This document shows positions 38,377-48,831 of a DNA stretch of 64,000 nucleotides, one piece after another. The position numbers and the translations under genes were made by a program. This stretch comes from Nannocystis bainbridge (GTDB lineage Bacteria; Myxococcota_A; Polyangia; Nannocystales; Nannocystaceae). The notes beneath the pieces were generated by a model that did no database searches, was not told the origin of the DNA, and was given only the letters and a program-made list of their open reading frames with translations. Where the stretch lies: the NCBI RefSeq assembly GCF_028368995.1, contig NZ_JAQNDL010000003.1, forward strand, positions 800,001-864,000. Reading direction: 5' to 3'. Position 1 is the first letter of the stretch; each line of letters starts with the position of its first letter.

Positions 38377-39126
38377 TCAGCCCGAGTGCAGCGCCGCGAT
38401 CGCGTCGAGATCGAAGCCGCCGCCGACGCCGCCGCACCAGGTGCTGTCGCCGTAGAACGCGACGCCGACGTCGACCAGGCGGACGTAGCGCGCGGACGAC
38501 AGTCCGACGTCCGCGAGATCGAAGGCGTCACCACCCGCGGCCCCGGGGTCGGTCGGATCGATGCCGTTGTCCGGGCTGCTGAGCACCGGCGTCACCCCGG
38601 CGCAGCCGCGCGGCAGCTCCGCGGAGAGATCGCAGGGGAACACCTTCCAGGTCACCCCGTCCTCGCTGACCAGCACCTGCGCCGGCTCGACGAAGGTGAT
38701 CGATCCGGCGACGAACGGGTTCTCGAACACGATGAAGTCCGGGCCCGGCCCGTCGACCAGCCCCGGATCGTCGAAGAAGACCGTGATCGTCCCGTCGCAG
38801 CCGAGCGACACCACGTCCACGCTCCCGTTCTCCACGCCGCGCCCGACAGGAGGCCCGAGGACGACCTCGGGCAGCAGGTCGTGCCCGAACGTCGCGCCGA
38901 ACGGCGCGAACGATTCGACGCAGTCGATGAACGCATCGCTCGGCGCGTCGCCGGCTTCACACACGAACTCGACCGGGGACATGTCGAGCTCGACGGGCTC
39001 CGTGGTCCCGCCGGTCGTGGGTTCGCCGCCGGTGGACGTGCTGTCTCCGTCGGTCTCGTTGCCGCTGGGGTCGCCGCACGCGCAGAGCAGCGCGGCGGCC
39101 AGGCTGAGGGTCGTGGCGCGCGACAT
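38377..39126 (-). CDS. Cell-surface lipoprotein
   Basis: LLCAC lipobox; DVVSLG, DGPGPDFIVFENPF, GGDAFDLAD, GFDLDAIA. Confidence 0.75.
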   Translation of the reverse strand: MSRATTLSLAAALLCACGDPSGNETDGDSTSTGGEPTTGGTTEPVELDMSPVEFVCEAGDAPSDAFIDCVESFAPFGATFGHDLLPEVVLGPPVGRGVENGSVDVVSLGCDGTITVFFDDPGLVDGPGPDFIVFENPFVAGSITFVEPAQVLVSEDGVTWKVFPCDLSAELPRGCAGVTPVLSSPDNGIDPTDPGAAGGDAFDLADVGLSSARYVRLVDVGVAFYGDSTWCGGVGGGFDLDAIAALHSG

Positions 39127-39137
39127 GGCTCGGGCCG

Positions 39138-39557
39138 TCACGGGGTCAGCGAGGTCCACGGGAAGCCGCTGCATCCCGTCATGAGGTCGGTCGGATCGGC
39201 GGCGGTCGCCGCCTCCGCTGCGGCCTCGTCGGCGGCGTCGAAGGCCGACTGGCAATAATAGACATCGTCCCCGTCGACGTGCCAATCGAAGCGCGAGAAC
39301 AGATCGGGGTTGAAGGCGTTGTCCGCGTCGTTCTGGGCGACCAAACGATCGCGCTCGTTGTCGAAGCTGAGCACGTGAAAGACATCGGTGCCCATCGTCC
39401 AGGCGTCCGCGTCGATGGTGTGCTTGCCGCCGTACTGGTCGGTGTACTCGCCCTCGATCTCGGGCACCTCCGGCGCGTCGCCGGCGTCGTCACAGGCCGC
39501 CAGAGCCAGGCAGAAGGACAGCAGGAGGGTGTTTCGGGGCTGATTCAGCGTCATCAT
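39138..39557 (-). CDS. Lipoprotein
   Basis: LLLSFCLALAAC lipobox. Confidence 0.7.
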   Translation of the reverse strand: MMTLNQPRNTLLLSFCLALAACDDAGDAPEVPEIEGEYTDQYGGKHTIDADAWTMGTDVFHVLSFDNERDRLVAQNDADNAFNPDLFSRFDWHVDGDDVYYCQSAFDAADEAAAEAATAADPTDLMTGCSGFPWTSLTP

Positions 39558-39929
39558 GATTCGTCTCGATCGTCGTCGTCGTCGTCCTGAGCTCGCGTGA
39601 TGTCGTGATGGCGCGCCGGCACCCGCGGCGCGCGTACGGCCGGCGACGCGACCGCGAGCCCGGCGCGCGCGCGCTGCAGGCTCGTGTTCGTCGTCGTCTC
39701 GCTGTTGGTCTCGCCCTGCATCGCCGTTCCTCGCGTGAAGCCGCGGGGCGGGTGCCGGAGCAGAGGGTTCGACCTGCGAACGCCTTGCGCCGACCCTTCG
39801 CCCCCACGGGCGACCGGACACGACGCAGACGGAATCAGAGCAGGCGAACACGCTCGCGCGTGTGACTTGCACCTTGCCTCCCGCGAGGCGACCAGGTCGA
39901 ACAGAGACGGATTTCTCCCGGCTCCGGGC

Positions 39930-40075
39930 GGTGGCAGGTATTCGGGCTCACGAGCGCTCCTCCGGGCGAACCAGGCGGATTCTCGCGTACCGTTGCGGGG
40001 CAGCCCCGGACTCGAACCGGGTTCCCTGTGAAACCATCCTCGGAGGAGGACGGCACCAGCGCCAACCCCAAGATA
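39930..40075 (-). ncRNA. Cobalamin riboswitch
   Basis: Minus strand GGTGCC...AGGGAACCCGGTTCGAGTCCGGGGCTGCCCCGCAACGGTA...GAGCCCGAATACCTGCC (B12 box). Confidence 0.88.
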
Positions 40076-40276
40076 TAGGGGTCGACTTCGCCCGTCAATC
40101 ACAATCTGTGGTGATCACCCTGCACACGAGGACGCCGAGAATCTCTACCTGCGGAGAGCCACGCGGAAGGATCGCGGGATCGATCGCCGCGACGACGTCC
40201 GTCGCGCAGTCAGCGTGACGAGCCGAGGTCGCACCGCGCCGGAGCATCGAACAGCCACATGTCCCCGAGGACAGGT

Positions 40277-40378
40277 TCATCCCTGCGGTCGCACGAACAG
40301 CATGAAGATGGCGACCCCGGCGCCCACGAAGAGCGCGAGCAGCAGGAGCGCCTGACGAGCCTCGGCGGAGGAGTCCAT
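40277..40378 (-). CDS. Possible 33-aa single-TM small protein
   Basis: MDSSAEARQALLLLALFVGAGVAIFMLFVRPQG; weak RBS. Confidence 0.35.
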   Translation of the reverse strand: MDSSAEARQALLLLALFVGAGVAIFMLFVRPQG

Positions 40379-40587
40379 CTTCACGACGCTAGCAGAGCGA
40401 AGCCGGAAGCGGACCGGCGCGGCATCGCGTCGCACCGCCGACGAGTCGTGCGACACCGCGTCGCGGCGCGAACGACTGCTCGACGCTGCTGCCGACGCGC
40501 GAGATCCTGCCCGGCGCGTCCGACGTCAGGCGGCCCGTGGTGGGCCCATCCTTCGCAGGTTTGTGCCCTGGCCGTCGGACGCATTCT

Positions 40588-41709
40588 TCACAGCCACGGA
40601 TCGGCGAGCCGCGGGTCGTTCAAGAACGCGTCGTCGGTGAGGCTGTCGAGGAAGGCCAGCACGTCGGCGCGCTCGTCGTCCGTCAGCTCGAAGCCGCGGA
40701 TGAAGCTGCTCTTGAACGGGTTGGCGCTGCCGACCCCGGCGTTTGGACCGCCCGTGATGGTACGTCCGCCGGCGGCGTAATGGTCGAGCACCTCGGACAG
40801 CGTCGCCACGCTGCCGTCGTGCATGTAGGGCGCCGTCACGGCGATGTTGCGCAGCGTCGGCACGCGGAAGCGGCCCATGTCGGCCGCCACGCCGGTGAAC
40901 TCGTGAAGCCCCGTGTTGCCGGCGGGGTACCTGCCCTCGCCGTCGAGGTTGTAGAGGCCGGTATTATGAAAGATGCCGTTGCGCGGCGGCCTGCCCTCGT
41001 AGGCGATGCTGTCCTGAAAGTTGAAGCCGGCGTGACAATGGAAGCACTCGAGCCTCTCCGAGTTGAAGAGCGCCACGCCGCGCCGCGCCGACTCGGAGAT
41101 GGCACCCCTGTCGCCGCCGAGGTAACGATCGAACGGCGAGTCGCCCGACAGCAAGCTGCGCTCGAAGCTGGCCAGCGCGCGCGTCACGTTCGTCAACGTG
41201 AAAGGGTCGTCGTCGTCCGGGTACGCCTCGGCGAACAGCGCCGCGTAGCGCGGCTCGCCGCGCAGCCGCTCGATCAGCACGTCCTCCATGCCGCGCAGCC
41301 CGAGCTCGACCGGGTCGAAGCCGAACAGCGGCGTCATCATCTGCATCTCGAGGTCGAGCAGCAGCGGATTGGCCCAGGTGTAGGTGGTCGAGTACGCGAT
41401 GTTGACGAGGCTCATCGAGTTGCGAGCCGTAAGCTCGCCGGTCGAGCCGAGCGAGAGCACCTCGCCGTCGCTGAACGCGAGCTCCTGGCGGTGACAGCTG
41501 GCGCACGACTGGCTCTCGTTGCCGGACAGGCGCGCGTCGTAGAAGAGATGGCGCCCGAGCTCCACCTTCTCCGCGCTCATCGGGTTGTCCTCGGGCACGA
41601 GCGGCACAGGCAGGCCGACGCCGAGCGGCCACATGTAGCCGCGGTCCGGCTCGTCGTCGTCACAGGCGACGAGCGCCAGGCAGGCCGTCAGCGCGAGCGC
41701 GGCACGCAT
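40588..41709 (-). CDS. mbnH: MbnH-family di-heme enzyme (MauG/CCP-like), lipoprotein
   Basis: [48 protein letters not shown]. Confidence 0.85.
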   Translation of the reverse strand: MRAALALTACLALVACDDDEPDRGYMWPLGVGLPVPLVPEDNPMSAEKVELGRHLFYDARLSGNESQSCASCHRQELAFSDGEVLSLGSTGELTARNSMSLVNIAYSTTYTWANPLLLDLEMQMMTPLFGFDPVELGLRGMEDVLIERLRGEPRYAALFAEAYPDDDDPFTLTNVTRALASFERSLLSGDSPFDRYLGGDRGAISESARRGVALFNSERLECFHCHAGFNFQDSIAYEGRPPRNGIFHNTGLYNLDGEGRYPAGNTGLHEFTGVAADMGRFRVPTLRNIAVTAPYMHDGSVATLSEVLDHYAAGGRTITGGPNAGVGSANPFKSSFIRGFELTDDERADVLAFLDSLTDDAFLNDPRLADPWL

Positions 41710-42611
41710 CACTGCACGCGGAAGATCGCCTGGTCGGCGGTGCTGTCGCCGCTGGTCCAGTCGAGGCCCAGCGGGCGGAACATCGACGAGCACAGCGCCT
41801 CGGGCCCGAAGGAGTGACAGGCGCAGGTCGTCTTGCCGTCCTTGTCCTCGCACTCGGCCGCCGGGGTCGCCAGCGTGAGGCCGCTGAACACCGCGCCCCA
41901 GTCGACGGCGACCTTGCCAGTCGCGGCGTCGAAGCCGTCGAGCACGATCTCGGGCCGGTTCGAGTTGGCGCAGGCCACGATCTCGCCGGCCATCGCGTCG
42001 CCCTCGCAGCCGATGCTTCCGACGTGCAGGCCGACCGTGGACGGCGCGTCGGCCTCGACGACGCCCCACGCCGTGAAGAAGATGTGCCCGTAGTTCCAGC
42101 TCCACGACATGGTGGTGTCGTTGAGCGGCGCCGGGGCCTGCGTGAGATCGGTGTGGTTCTGCTCCTGCGGCACGCCGATCTTGAAGCGCAGCCCGACGAA
42201 TTCGTGCCCGCCGCCGTGCGCGCCGCCGTGCCGCGGCTGCGCTGCGACGACGCCCTTGAGGGTGGTGTGCAGCTCCGGCGTACCGTTGGCGCACGCGCCC
42301 GAGCCGTCCTCGAAGTCGATCAAAGCGACGCCGCCACCCTGGTGCACGCCGTCGTCCTCGATCGTGACCGGGTGCTCGTCGCCGTCGGCGGTGACGAGCC
42401 GGACATCGTGCACGTAGAAGCGGAAGTCCTGCGGCGTCGCGCTCGCGCCGTCCTTGCCGAGCCCGTCGTAGGTCTCGCCGCAGGCGAACGGCGCACCGCC
42501 GACGCGCCCCTCGAACACGATCTCGACGGGCTCGTCGGTGAGGCCCGGTTCGTGCGAATCGCAGGCGGGGACGAGCAGCGGGAGAAGGACGACGAGGCGG
42601 GGCAGTTTCAT
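41709..42611 (-). CDS. mbnP: MbnP-family copper-binding lipoprotein
   Basis: [24 protein letters not shown] (WxW), HVGSIGC; paired with MbnH. Confidence 0.8.
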   Translation of the reverse strand: MKLPRLVVLLPLLVPACDSHEPGLTDEPVEIVFEGRVGGAPFACGETYDGLGKDGASATPQDFRFYVHDVRLVTADGDEHPVTIEDDGVHQGGGVALIDFEDGSGACANGTPELHTTLKGVVAAQPRHGGAHGGGHEFVGLRFKIGVPQEQNHTDLTQAPAPLNDTTMSWSWNYGHIFFTAWGVVEADAPSTVGLHVGSIGCEGDAMAGEIVACANSNRPEIVLDGFDAATGKVAVDWGAVFSGLTLATPAAECEDKDGKTTCACHSFGPEALCSSMFRPLGLDWTSGDSTADQAIFRVQ

Positions 42612-42861
42612 GGTTCGATGTGCCTGGGCAGCGGCACCGACCCTACGGAGGATCGAGCGCGCTGTCTCTGCGACGTGATGTCGCGGCACTTCTGTGGCGC
42701 GCGACGAGTCGGTCATTCGTGCGGAGCTTCTGCCAGGGGCCCTCGCACAGGGATGCATCGCCGGCGGCGGCCTCGCACTGCGTCCTGCGACCGTCGAGCT
42801 CGCCCGCCGAGAACGCCTCCGCAGCGGCGTCACACGGCGCCTCGGCCTCGCGCCGCTGGCG

Positions 42862-43033
42862 GACGTGCGACAGGCGGTCGCAGCGGCGCCAAAACTACAT
42901 GTCCCTTGGGACATATCATTCTCCGGCTCATCCTCGCCTGCGTCGACGACATGCGACAGGCGGTCGCAGCGACACCCTCTCTACGTGTCTCTTGGGACAT
43001 CTACAACTCCGGCTCACTCACGCCTGCGCCGAA
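42862..43033. repeat. Two ~86-bp imperfect tandem repeats, each with an ATGTC-N6-GACAT-type palindrome
   Basis: tgcgacaggcggtcgcagcg occurs twice; ATGTCCCTTGGGACAT at 42899-42914. Confidence 0.7.
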
Positions 43034-43179
43034 GTCGATGCGCTCACCCGACGAGCCAGTCACGCGTCGAAGCTGAGCATGGCGTCGGGGTCGGCGCCGG
43101 TCGGGGTGGTGTCGGCGATGATAAAATTAGGGTCAGAGGGATCGGCGATCAAGATCGTGGGCATGGCAAGCTCCTGGCC

Positions 43180-44484
43180 GAATTCGAGGAGGACGACGGC
43201 CCGCTCAGCTTCGACGGCGCCGCGCCGACGCTCGCCGACCGCAGCACCCGCGAGCGCTGGCTGCAGAGCGCGCTCAAGGCCCTGGTCGCCCCCACCCTCA
43301 CCGTCGACGGCCTAGTCGGTCCGCGCACCTTCCGGGCCGTGCAGCTGTTCCAGCGCCGCTCGCCGGCCCTCGGCGGCGGCCCGCTGACGGTCGACGGCCT
43401 GGTCGGACCACGCACCATCGCCGCGCTCGAGCGGCTGACTCGCAGCACCGCCCCGACCGCCGCGGCCGCACAACCTCCTTCGCCTCCCGCGACCGCGGCG
43501 ACGCCGACCGCCGGCGCGCTGCAGGTGAGCGAGCGCCAGGTCGACGGCGTCACCGAGTACGCGATCCGCAGCGGCGACGACGAGGTGCGGTTCTCCTACT
43601 GGACCTCGAACTACCGCAATTACAAGCCCCACAACGTCAGCCGTCATTCGGGCGCGCGCAAGGGCCTGCTGGCGGACGCGCAGATCCTCGAGATCGGCTA
43701 TTCGCGCAGCGAGCTCAAGATCTTGCAAGCCAACGCCCTGAAGGAGTCGGGCGGCGCGTTCGGGGCGATCAACACCTGGGACGACCAGCTCGTGTCGTGG
43801 GGCATGGCCCAATTCGCGGGCCAGGCGGGCACGCTGGCGGCGCTGCTGGCCGAGCTCAAGGAGAGCCCGCGCACCCGCGCCAGCTTCTCGCGGTGGTTCG
43901 TCGCCAACGGGCTCGACGTCGCCCGCGGCGAGTACCCGTGGAGGAACGGCCAGACCAAGGTCGGCTGGCACGTGGTGATCTCGACCCGCGACGGCCGGAC
44001 CCTGCGCGGCAACGACGGCTGGAAGCACGCGCGCAGCGAGCCGCGGCTGCTCGGCGCGTTCATGCTGGCCGGCAACGATCCGGCGATCCAGCTCGGCCAG
44101 ATCGAGTTCTGGCGCCGCGCCTTTTTGGCGCGCGCGATCGTCAAGCACGTCGGCAAGCGCGCCGACGGCTCGGGCGGCGGCGCCGTCCGCCGCTTCATCA
44201 CCTCCGAGCGCGGCCTCGCGGTGCTGGTGCGCCTCCACAACTGGATGCCCGGCCACGTCGCGACCTGGTCGAATCGCTTCATCGCCGAGCTGCAGGCGAA
44301 AAACCCGAAGCTCGACCTCGCGGACCCCTTCCATTGGAGCCAGCAGCTCGAGGACGCGTTTGTCACCCGGGTCTGCGACGAGCGCAAGCGGGTCAAGTCC
44401 GGCAGCTACGACACCCTACTGCCCTCGACCTCTCGCGCACCCGCGGCAGCTTCGTGCTCACGGCCCCTACGAGGACGCCAGTAG
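43180..44484 (+). CDS. Peptidoglycan-binding + lysozyme-like protein; start uncertain, possible frameshift near C-terminus
   Basis: LTVDGLVGPRT x2; KESGGAFGAINTWD...WGMAQF. Confidence 0.65.
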   Translation, partial: EFEEDDGPLSFDGAAPTLADRSTRERWLQSALKALVAPTLTVDGLVGPRTFRAVQLFQRRSPALGGGPLTVDGLVGPRTIAALERLTRSTAPTAAAAQPPSPPATAATPTAGALQVSERQVDGVTEYAIRSGDDEVRFSYWTSNYRNYKPHNVSRHSGARKGLLADAQILEIGYSRSELKILQANALKESGGAFGAINTWDDQLVSWGMAQFAGQAGTLAALLAELKESPRTRASFSRWFVANGLDVARGEYPWRNGQTKVGWHVVISTRDGRTLRGNDGWKHARSEPRLLGAFMLAGNDPAIQLGQIEFWRRAFLARAIVKHVGKRADGSGGGAVRRFITSERGLAVLVRLHNWMPGHVATWSNRFIAELQAKNPKLDLADPFHWSQQLEDAFVTRVCDERKRVKSGSYDTLLPSTSRAPAAASCSRPLRGRQ

Positions 44485-44580
44485 CCCATGATGCACGCGT
44501 ATGCCGAACATCGAAGTCAACACCCACGCGATTGGCGGAAGCCCCGCTGCTCACCCGCGACCTGCAGCACGAGGACCGGC

Positions 44581-46722
44581 TCAGCCGGCGTGTACCGGCG
44601 ATGAGGCGCGGAGGGCGTCGATGCGCCACTCGAACTCCTGGCGGAGGTAGCGGCTGATGCCCAGGCCGCCGAAGCGCCGCCGGCCCTCGCGGTCGAGGAA
44701 CCAGGTGGTGGGATAGGCCTGGACCCCGGCGCGGTCGGCGTAGCCGTCGTCCATCAGCACGGGGAACGGGAGCTGGCGCTCGCGCACCCACTGAGCGACG
44801 TCGCCGAGGCTGCCGCCGTAGTGGAGGCTGACCACGGCGACGTCGGGATCGTCGGCGTGAGCGGCGGCGAACGCCGAGAACTCGGGCAATTCCACCAAGC
44901 AGCCGCCGCAGGTCTTGAACCAGAAATGCAGCACGACGAGCTTGCCGCGCAGCGACGCGAGGGTGATCTCGCGGCCGTCGATGCTGCGCAGCGAGAAGTC
45001 GGGCGGGGTCGCGGCGGACTCGTCGTACTCGGCGAGGATCTTCCGCTTGCGGCGCTCGGCCGAGCGCGCCTCGACTTCCTCGAAGTACTGCGACAGGCCG
45101 CGGGCGCTGCCGGTGCGCGCGCGGTGGAGGTCGGCGAGGGCGTCGCGGCAGCGCTCGCCGCCCTCACCCGCCAGACCGAGGCCGGCGACGAGGTGGAGCT
45201 CGGCGGCGTCGAAGTCGCCGCGGCGGCGCGCGACCTCGGCGAGCCCGAGCTGGAGCTCGGCGAACGGTCCGAGGCCGTGGATCTCGGCGCGGCGGAAGGC
45301 GGTCTGGGCGTCGTCGAGGCGACCTGCCTTCAGGGCCAGGCCGCCAAGGGTCGTGTTGCCGTCCGATACGAGGGATCGGCGGATCAGGTCGATGTGCTCC
45401 GATCCGGCCTCGCGCCAGGCGCGGGCGTAGGCCTCGGTGGCCTCGACGCCGGCGCGCGCGAGCTCGCCGGCGCGCTCGTGATAGGGCGTGCGAGCGAACA
45501 GCGCGCGGGCGCCGTTGAGCTTCGGGTGCGGCTCCTCGGGGTCGTGGGCGACCATGTCCTCGACGGCTGCGAGGATCGCCTCGGGGGTGGCCGCGGGGTC
45601 GGCGAGGCGGGCCTCGAAGCGCCAGCGAGCGACGTCGGCGAGCTTGCTCGGGTCGTGGTGATGCGGGCGCGCGAGGAAGGCCGCGAGCATGGTGTCGCGC
45701 AGCAGCGCGGCCTCGGCGTCGGCGGGCGTGCTACCGGCGGCGCGGAGGTCGAGGCGGCGGTGCAGCACCGACTCGGCCTCGGGGCTGTCGGGGTGCTCGG
45801 CGAGGAGCCGCTGCTCGAGCGGCGCCGCGTGGCCGGCCCGCCCGAGACCACGCGCGCCCTCGACGGCGGCGAGCAGGATGTCGGGCCGGTCGGGGTGCCC
45901 GGCGACGGCCCCGTCGATGTCCGCGAGCACAGCTTCGACACCGCCGCCGGCGCCCGGCTGGAGCTGCGCCAGGTGCCAGCGCAGCCCCAGCAGCGCCGGC
46001 GCGTCGGGGGCGCGCCGGAGCCCGGCCTCGGCCCACGCGAGCGCCTCGACCGGCCGCCCGTGCTGCGCCAGCATCGACGCGGCCGCCTCGGCGACGGCGA
46101 TGAACTCGGGGTCGTCTGGCGCGACGCCGCCGGCGAGCGACAGCGCCTCGGGCAGGCGCGTGGGGTCGCTGCGCGCCGCGTCGGAGAGGGCGAACACCCG
46201 CGCCGAGGCCGGCACGCCTGGTTCGGCGGCGGCGAGCGCGAGGAGCTGCGCGGGGCGTCGCATGTGTTTGAGCAGCCAGGCGCGCGCGACGACGGCGTCG
46301 GCGTGCTCGGGGAGGCTGTGGAGCAGCGCCTCGGAGCGGGCGAACAGCGTCGGCTCGATGTTGCCGCCGCCGAGGCCCGCGAGCACGGCCGCCAGCTCGG
46401 CCCACGGGTCACCTGGCTTTTCGGACAGCATGGCCGCGGCCAGCGTCGCGGCCTCGTCCAGGCGCCCGGCCGCCGCGACGCAGCCGATCCACCACGCGCG
46501 CAGGCGGCCGCTGGCGAGGTGCTGCCGCACGAGGGGCTCGCCGTCGCGGGCGCAACCAAAGCTGTCGAGGGCGGTGAGGCGGTCGCGCAGGACGTCGGCG
46601 GCGATGTCGGCGGGATCGAGGACGACCGGGGCCGGCCGCTCGGGCGCGGCGCGTGCACATCCGACGAGCGTCAGCGCGAGGGCGAGGGCGATGGTCGTTC
46701 GAACAGCAAGGGTGTCAGGCAT
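44581..46722 (-). CDS. TPR-like lipoprotein with C-terminal TlpA/redoxin domain
   Basis: LTLVGC lipobox; PDFSLRSIDG, VVLHFWFKTCGGC, YPTTWFLDREG. Confidence 0.8.
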   Translation of the reverse strand: MPDTLAVRTTIALALALTLVGCARAAPERPAPVVLDPADIAADVLRDRLTALDSFGCARDGEPLVRQHLASGRLRAWWIGCVAAAGRLDEAATLAAAMLSEKPGDPWAELAAVLAGLGGGNIEPTLFARSEALLHSLPEHADAVVARAWLLKHMRRPAQLLALAAAEPGVPASARVFALSDAARSDPTRLPEALSLAGGVAPDDPEFIAVAEAAASMLAQHGRPVEALAWAEAGLRRAPDAPALLGLRWHLAQLQPGAGGGVEAVLADIDGAVAGHPDRPDILLAAVEGARGLGRAGHAAPLEQRLLAEHPDSPEAESVLHRRLDLRAAGSTPADAEAALLRDTMLAAFLARPHHHDPSKLADVARWRFEARLADPAATPEAILAAVEDMVAHDPEEPHPKLNGARALFARTPYHERAGELARAGVEATEAYARAWREAGSEHIDLIRRSLVSDGNTTLGGLALKAGRLDDAQTAFRRAEIHGLGPFAELQLGLAEVARRRGDFDAAELHLVAGLGLAGEGGERCRDALADLHRARTGSARGLSQYFEEVEARSAERRKRKILAEYDESAATPPDFSLRSIDGREITLASLRGKLVVLHFWFKTCGGCLVELPEFSAFAAAHADDPDVAVVSLHYGGSLGDVAQWVRERQLPFPVLMDDGYADRAGVQAYPTTWFLDREGRRRFGGLGISRYLRQEFEWRIDALRASSPVHAG

Positions 46723-46826
46723 CGTCGGCTCGTACGCGCGGCGGGAAGCGGCGATCTCTCGCCATTGTATATCAGGCGGATCGAAGCGCGTAGAGAGGCC
46801 GCGCTGCGAACCGGTCGCTGGCGGAA

Positions 46827-47753
46827 TCATTGGAACGCGAGCGTCGCGCGGCCGTGGATCAGCTTGACCGGCGAACCGCCCTCCCAGCCCACGATCGTCA
46901 GGGTCGCGTCGCAGCCGATCGTGAGCTGGTACAGCATGGCCCCGAGACCATGAAACGGCCCGCCGGCGGCGACGCGAATGTCGGCGCACGCGGGTACCCC
47001 GGACGGTCCGAGGCCGCACAGAAATGCGGTGTGGATCTTGTCGCCGCCGGGCGGTCCGACCTGGGCGATCGCGGTGACCTCCGCGCCGCCGTCGCCGAGT
47101 CGGTCCGCCGCGACCACCTGCGTGACGTGGGCCAGCTGCGCCTCGTCCTCGCGGCGGTGCGGCCAGCGCGTGCGGGCCAGCGTGTGCGCCCACCAGCCCT
47201 GGGCGGTGCGCACCAGCAAGACGTGCTCGGGCAGGTTGTCCGGCCCGGGCGGCCGCCTCCCGTCGCCCGTCATGCAATGGACGATCTCCGCGAACGGCTC
47301 CGCTGTCATGTTCGCGCGGTCGGTGCAATCCGGCTGGAGCTCTTCGCGGGTCGCGAACGGCCCGCGCATCGGCTGACTCGGCCACACGCCGAGGTCGTGG
47401 CCCGGCGTGGCCGCGGCGTCGTCGATGAAATTATCGTGGTAGGGCGGCGGCACGATGAACGGCGCGGTGCAGGTCGAGGGCAGCGCGACCACCGGCGCCG
47501 CCACCACCGGCGCCGCCACCACCGGCGCCGCCACCACCGGCGCTGCGCTCGGCGGGGCCGGCGTCGACGGTGCGAATGTCGAAGCAGGACCCGGCGGCGG
47601 ATCGGCGGTTTGGCCACCCGAACCACCGCAGGACAAGACGAGCGACAGGGCGGTGGTCTGGGCGCGGCGCACTGCGCATGTCTTACGCCCAAACCAGGTG
47701 CGAGGGTACACCGCGCCGGCTTCGAGCCGTGACGCCTGTGGCCGGCGCACCAC
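46827..47753 (-). CDS. Hypothetical exported protein with (PVVAA)n linker; start uncertain
   Basis: SLVLSCGG; 15-bp tandem repeat at ~47490-47545. Confidence 0.55.
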   Translation of the reverse strand: MVRRPQASRLEAGAVYPRTWFGRKTCAVRRAQTTALSLVLSCGGSGGQTADPPPGPASTFAPSTPAPPSAAPVVAAPVVAAPVVAAPVVALPSTCTAPFIVPPPYHDNFIDDAAATPGHDLGVWPSQPMRGPFATREELQPDCTDRANMTAEPFAEIVHCMTGDGRRPPGPDNLPEHVLLVRTAQGWWAHTLARTRWPHRREDEAQLAHVTQVVAADRLGDGGAEVTAIAQVGPPGGDKIHTAFLCGLGPSGVPACADIRVAAGGPFHGLGAMLYQLTIGCDATLTIVGWEGGSPVKLIHGRATLAFQ

Positions 47754-48280
47754 TGCGATCAGGGCCGAGCGGTCGGGCTCGTCGATGACGCCGCGGCGCT
47801 GCGCCGGCGCTCTCGCACGCGCATCCCCGCCGCACCGACGATCACCAGCGCAAGGGCGATCGGCGGCTCCGGCACGGGGATGCTCGCCGAGTACCAGCCG
47901 GTCCCGCGGTGAACGGCCGCGTCGGCCGGCGGCACGTCCGCGACCACGAGGAGGTTGACGAGCGCGAGGCTGAGCATGTCGCCCAGCGTACTACGCCACG
48001 CGCCGGCGAGCGAAGCCGTCGGTCGGGTGTGGCCGTCGCGCCGCAGGGCGAGCTCATCCTGGTGACTCGGAGCGAGGCCTCTCGCTCCGGCGCACGCCGC
48101 GACCCGTGGCCGGAAGAGCGCGGCCGAGCCGTCGCTCAGGGCGTCGGCCGCGTGGTGCGGAGGAACATCGGTCGCCGGCGCTCGAGACCTGCGACGCCAT
48201 GGACGCGCTGCCGGTCGCAAATCTCGACGGGCAATTCGCCGGTGAACCGCGGATCAGCGCGGTAGTATAGACCATATTCC

Positions 48281-48760
48281 ATGCCGGTCATCGAGCTCGT
48301 CACGCCGATCCACGCCCCGATCGAGCGCTGCTTCGACCTCGCCCGCAGCGTCGAAGTCCACCTCGCCGGCGCGGGCGAGACCGGCGAGCGCGCGGTCGCG
48401 GGCGTCGTGCGCGGCCTCCTCGGCCCGGGCGACGAGGTCACCTGGCGCGCCCGTCACTTCGGCGTGTGGCAACTGCTGACCAGCAGGATCACCGTGTTCG
48501 AGCGCCCGCGTCGCTTCCGCGACTCGATGACGCGCGGCGCGTTCGCTCGCTTCGACCACGACCACCTGTTCGAGGCTGACGCCGATCGCACGATCATGCG
48601 CGACCGCTTCGACTTCACGTCGCCGCTCGGCCCGCTCGGTCGACTCGCCGACGCCCTGGTCCTCACTCGCTACATGCGCGGCTTCCTGGTCGAGCGCAAC
48701 CGAATGCTGCGGGAGATCGCCGAATCGGACCGATGGAGCGAGCTCCTCGCAAATCGATGA
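48281..48760 (+). CDS. SRPBCC family protein
   Basis: TPIHAPIERCFDLARSVEVH, VTWRARHFG, FDHDHLF. Confidence 0.85.
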   Translation: MPVIELVTPIHAPIERCFDLARSVEVHLAGAGETGERAVAGVVRGLLGPGDEVTWRARHFGVWQLLTSRITVFERPRRFRDSMTRGAFARFDHDHLFEADADRTIMRDRFDFTSPLGPLGRLADALVLTRYMRGFLVERNRMLREIAESDRWSELLANR

Positions 48761-48831
48761 ATACGAATTCCCGCCGCTCGTGGCCATACCTTGTCCGCGC
48801 GCCCACGCAAGCGCGCCTCGCCGGCCGCGAT

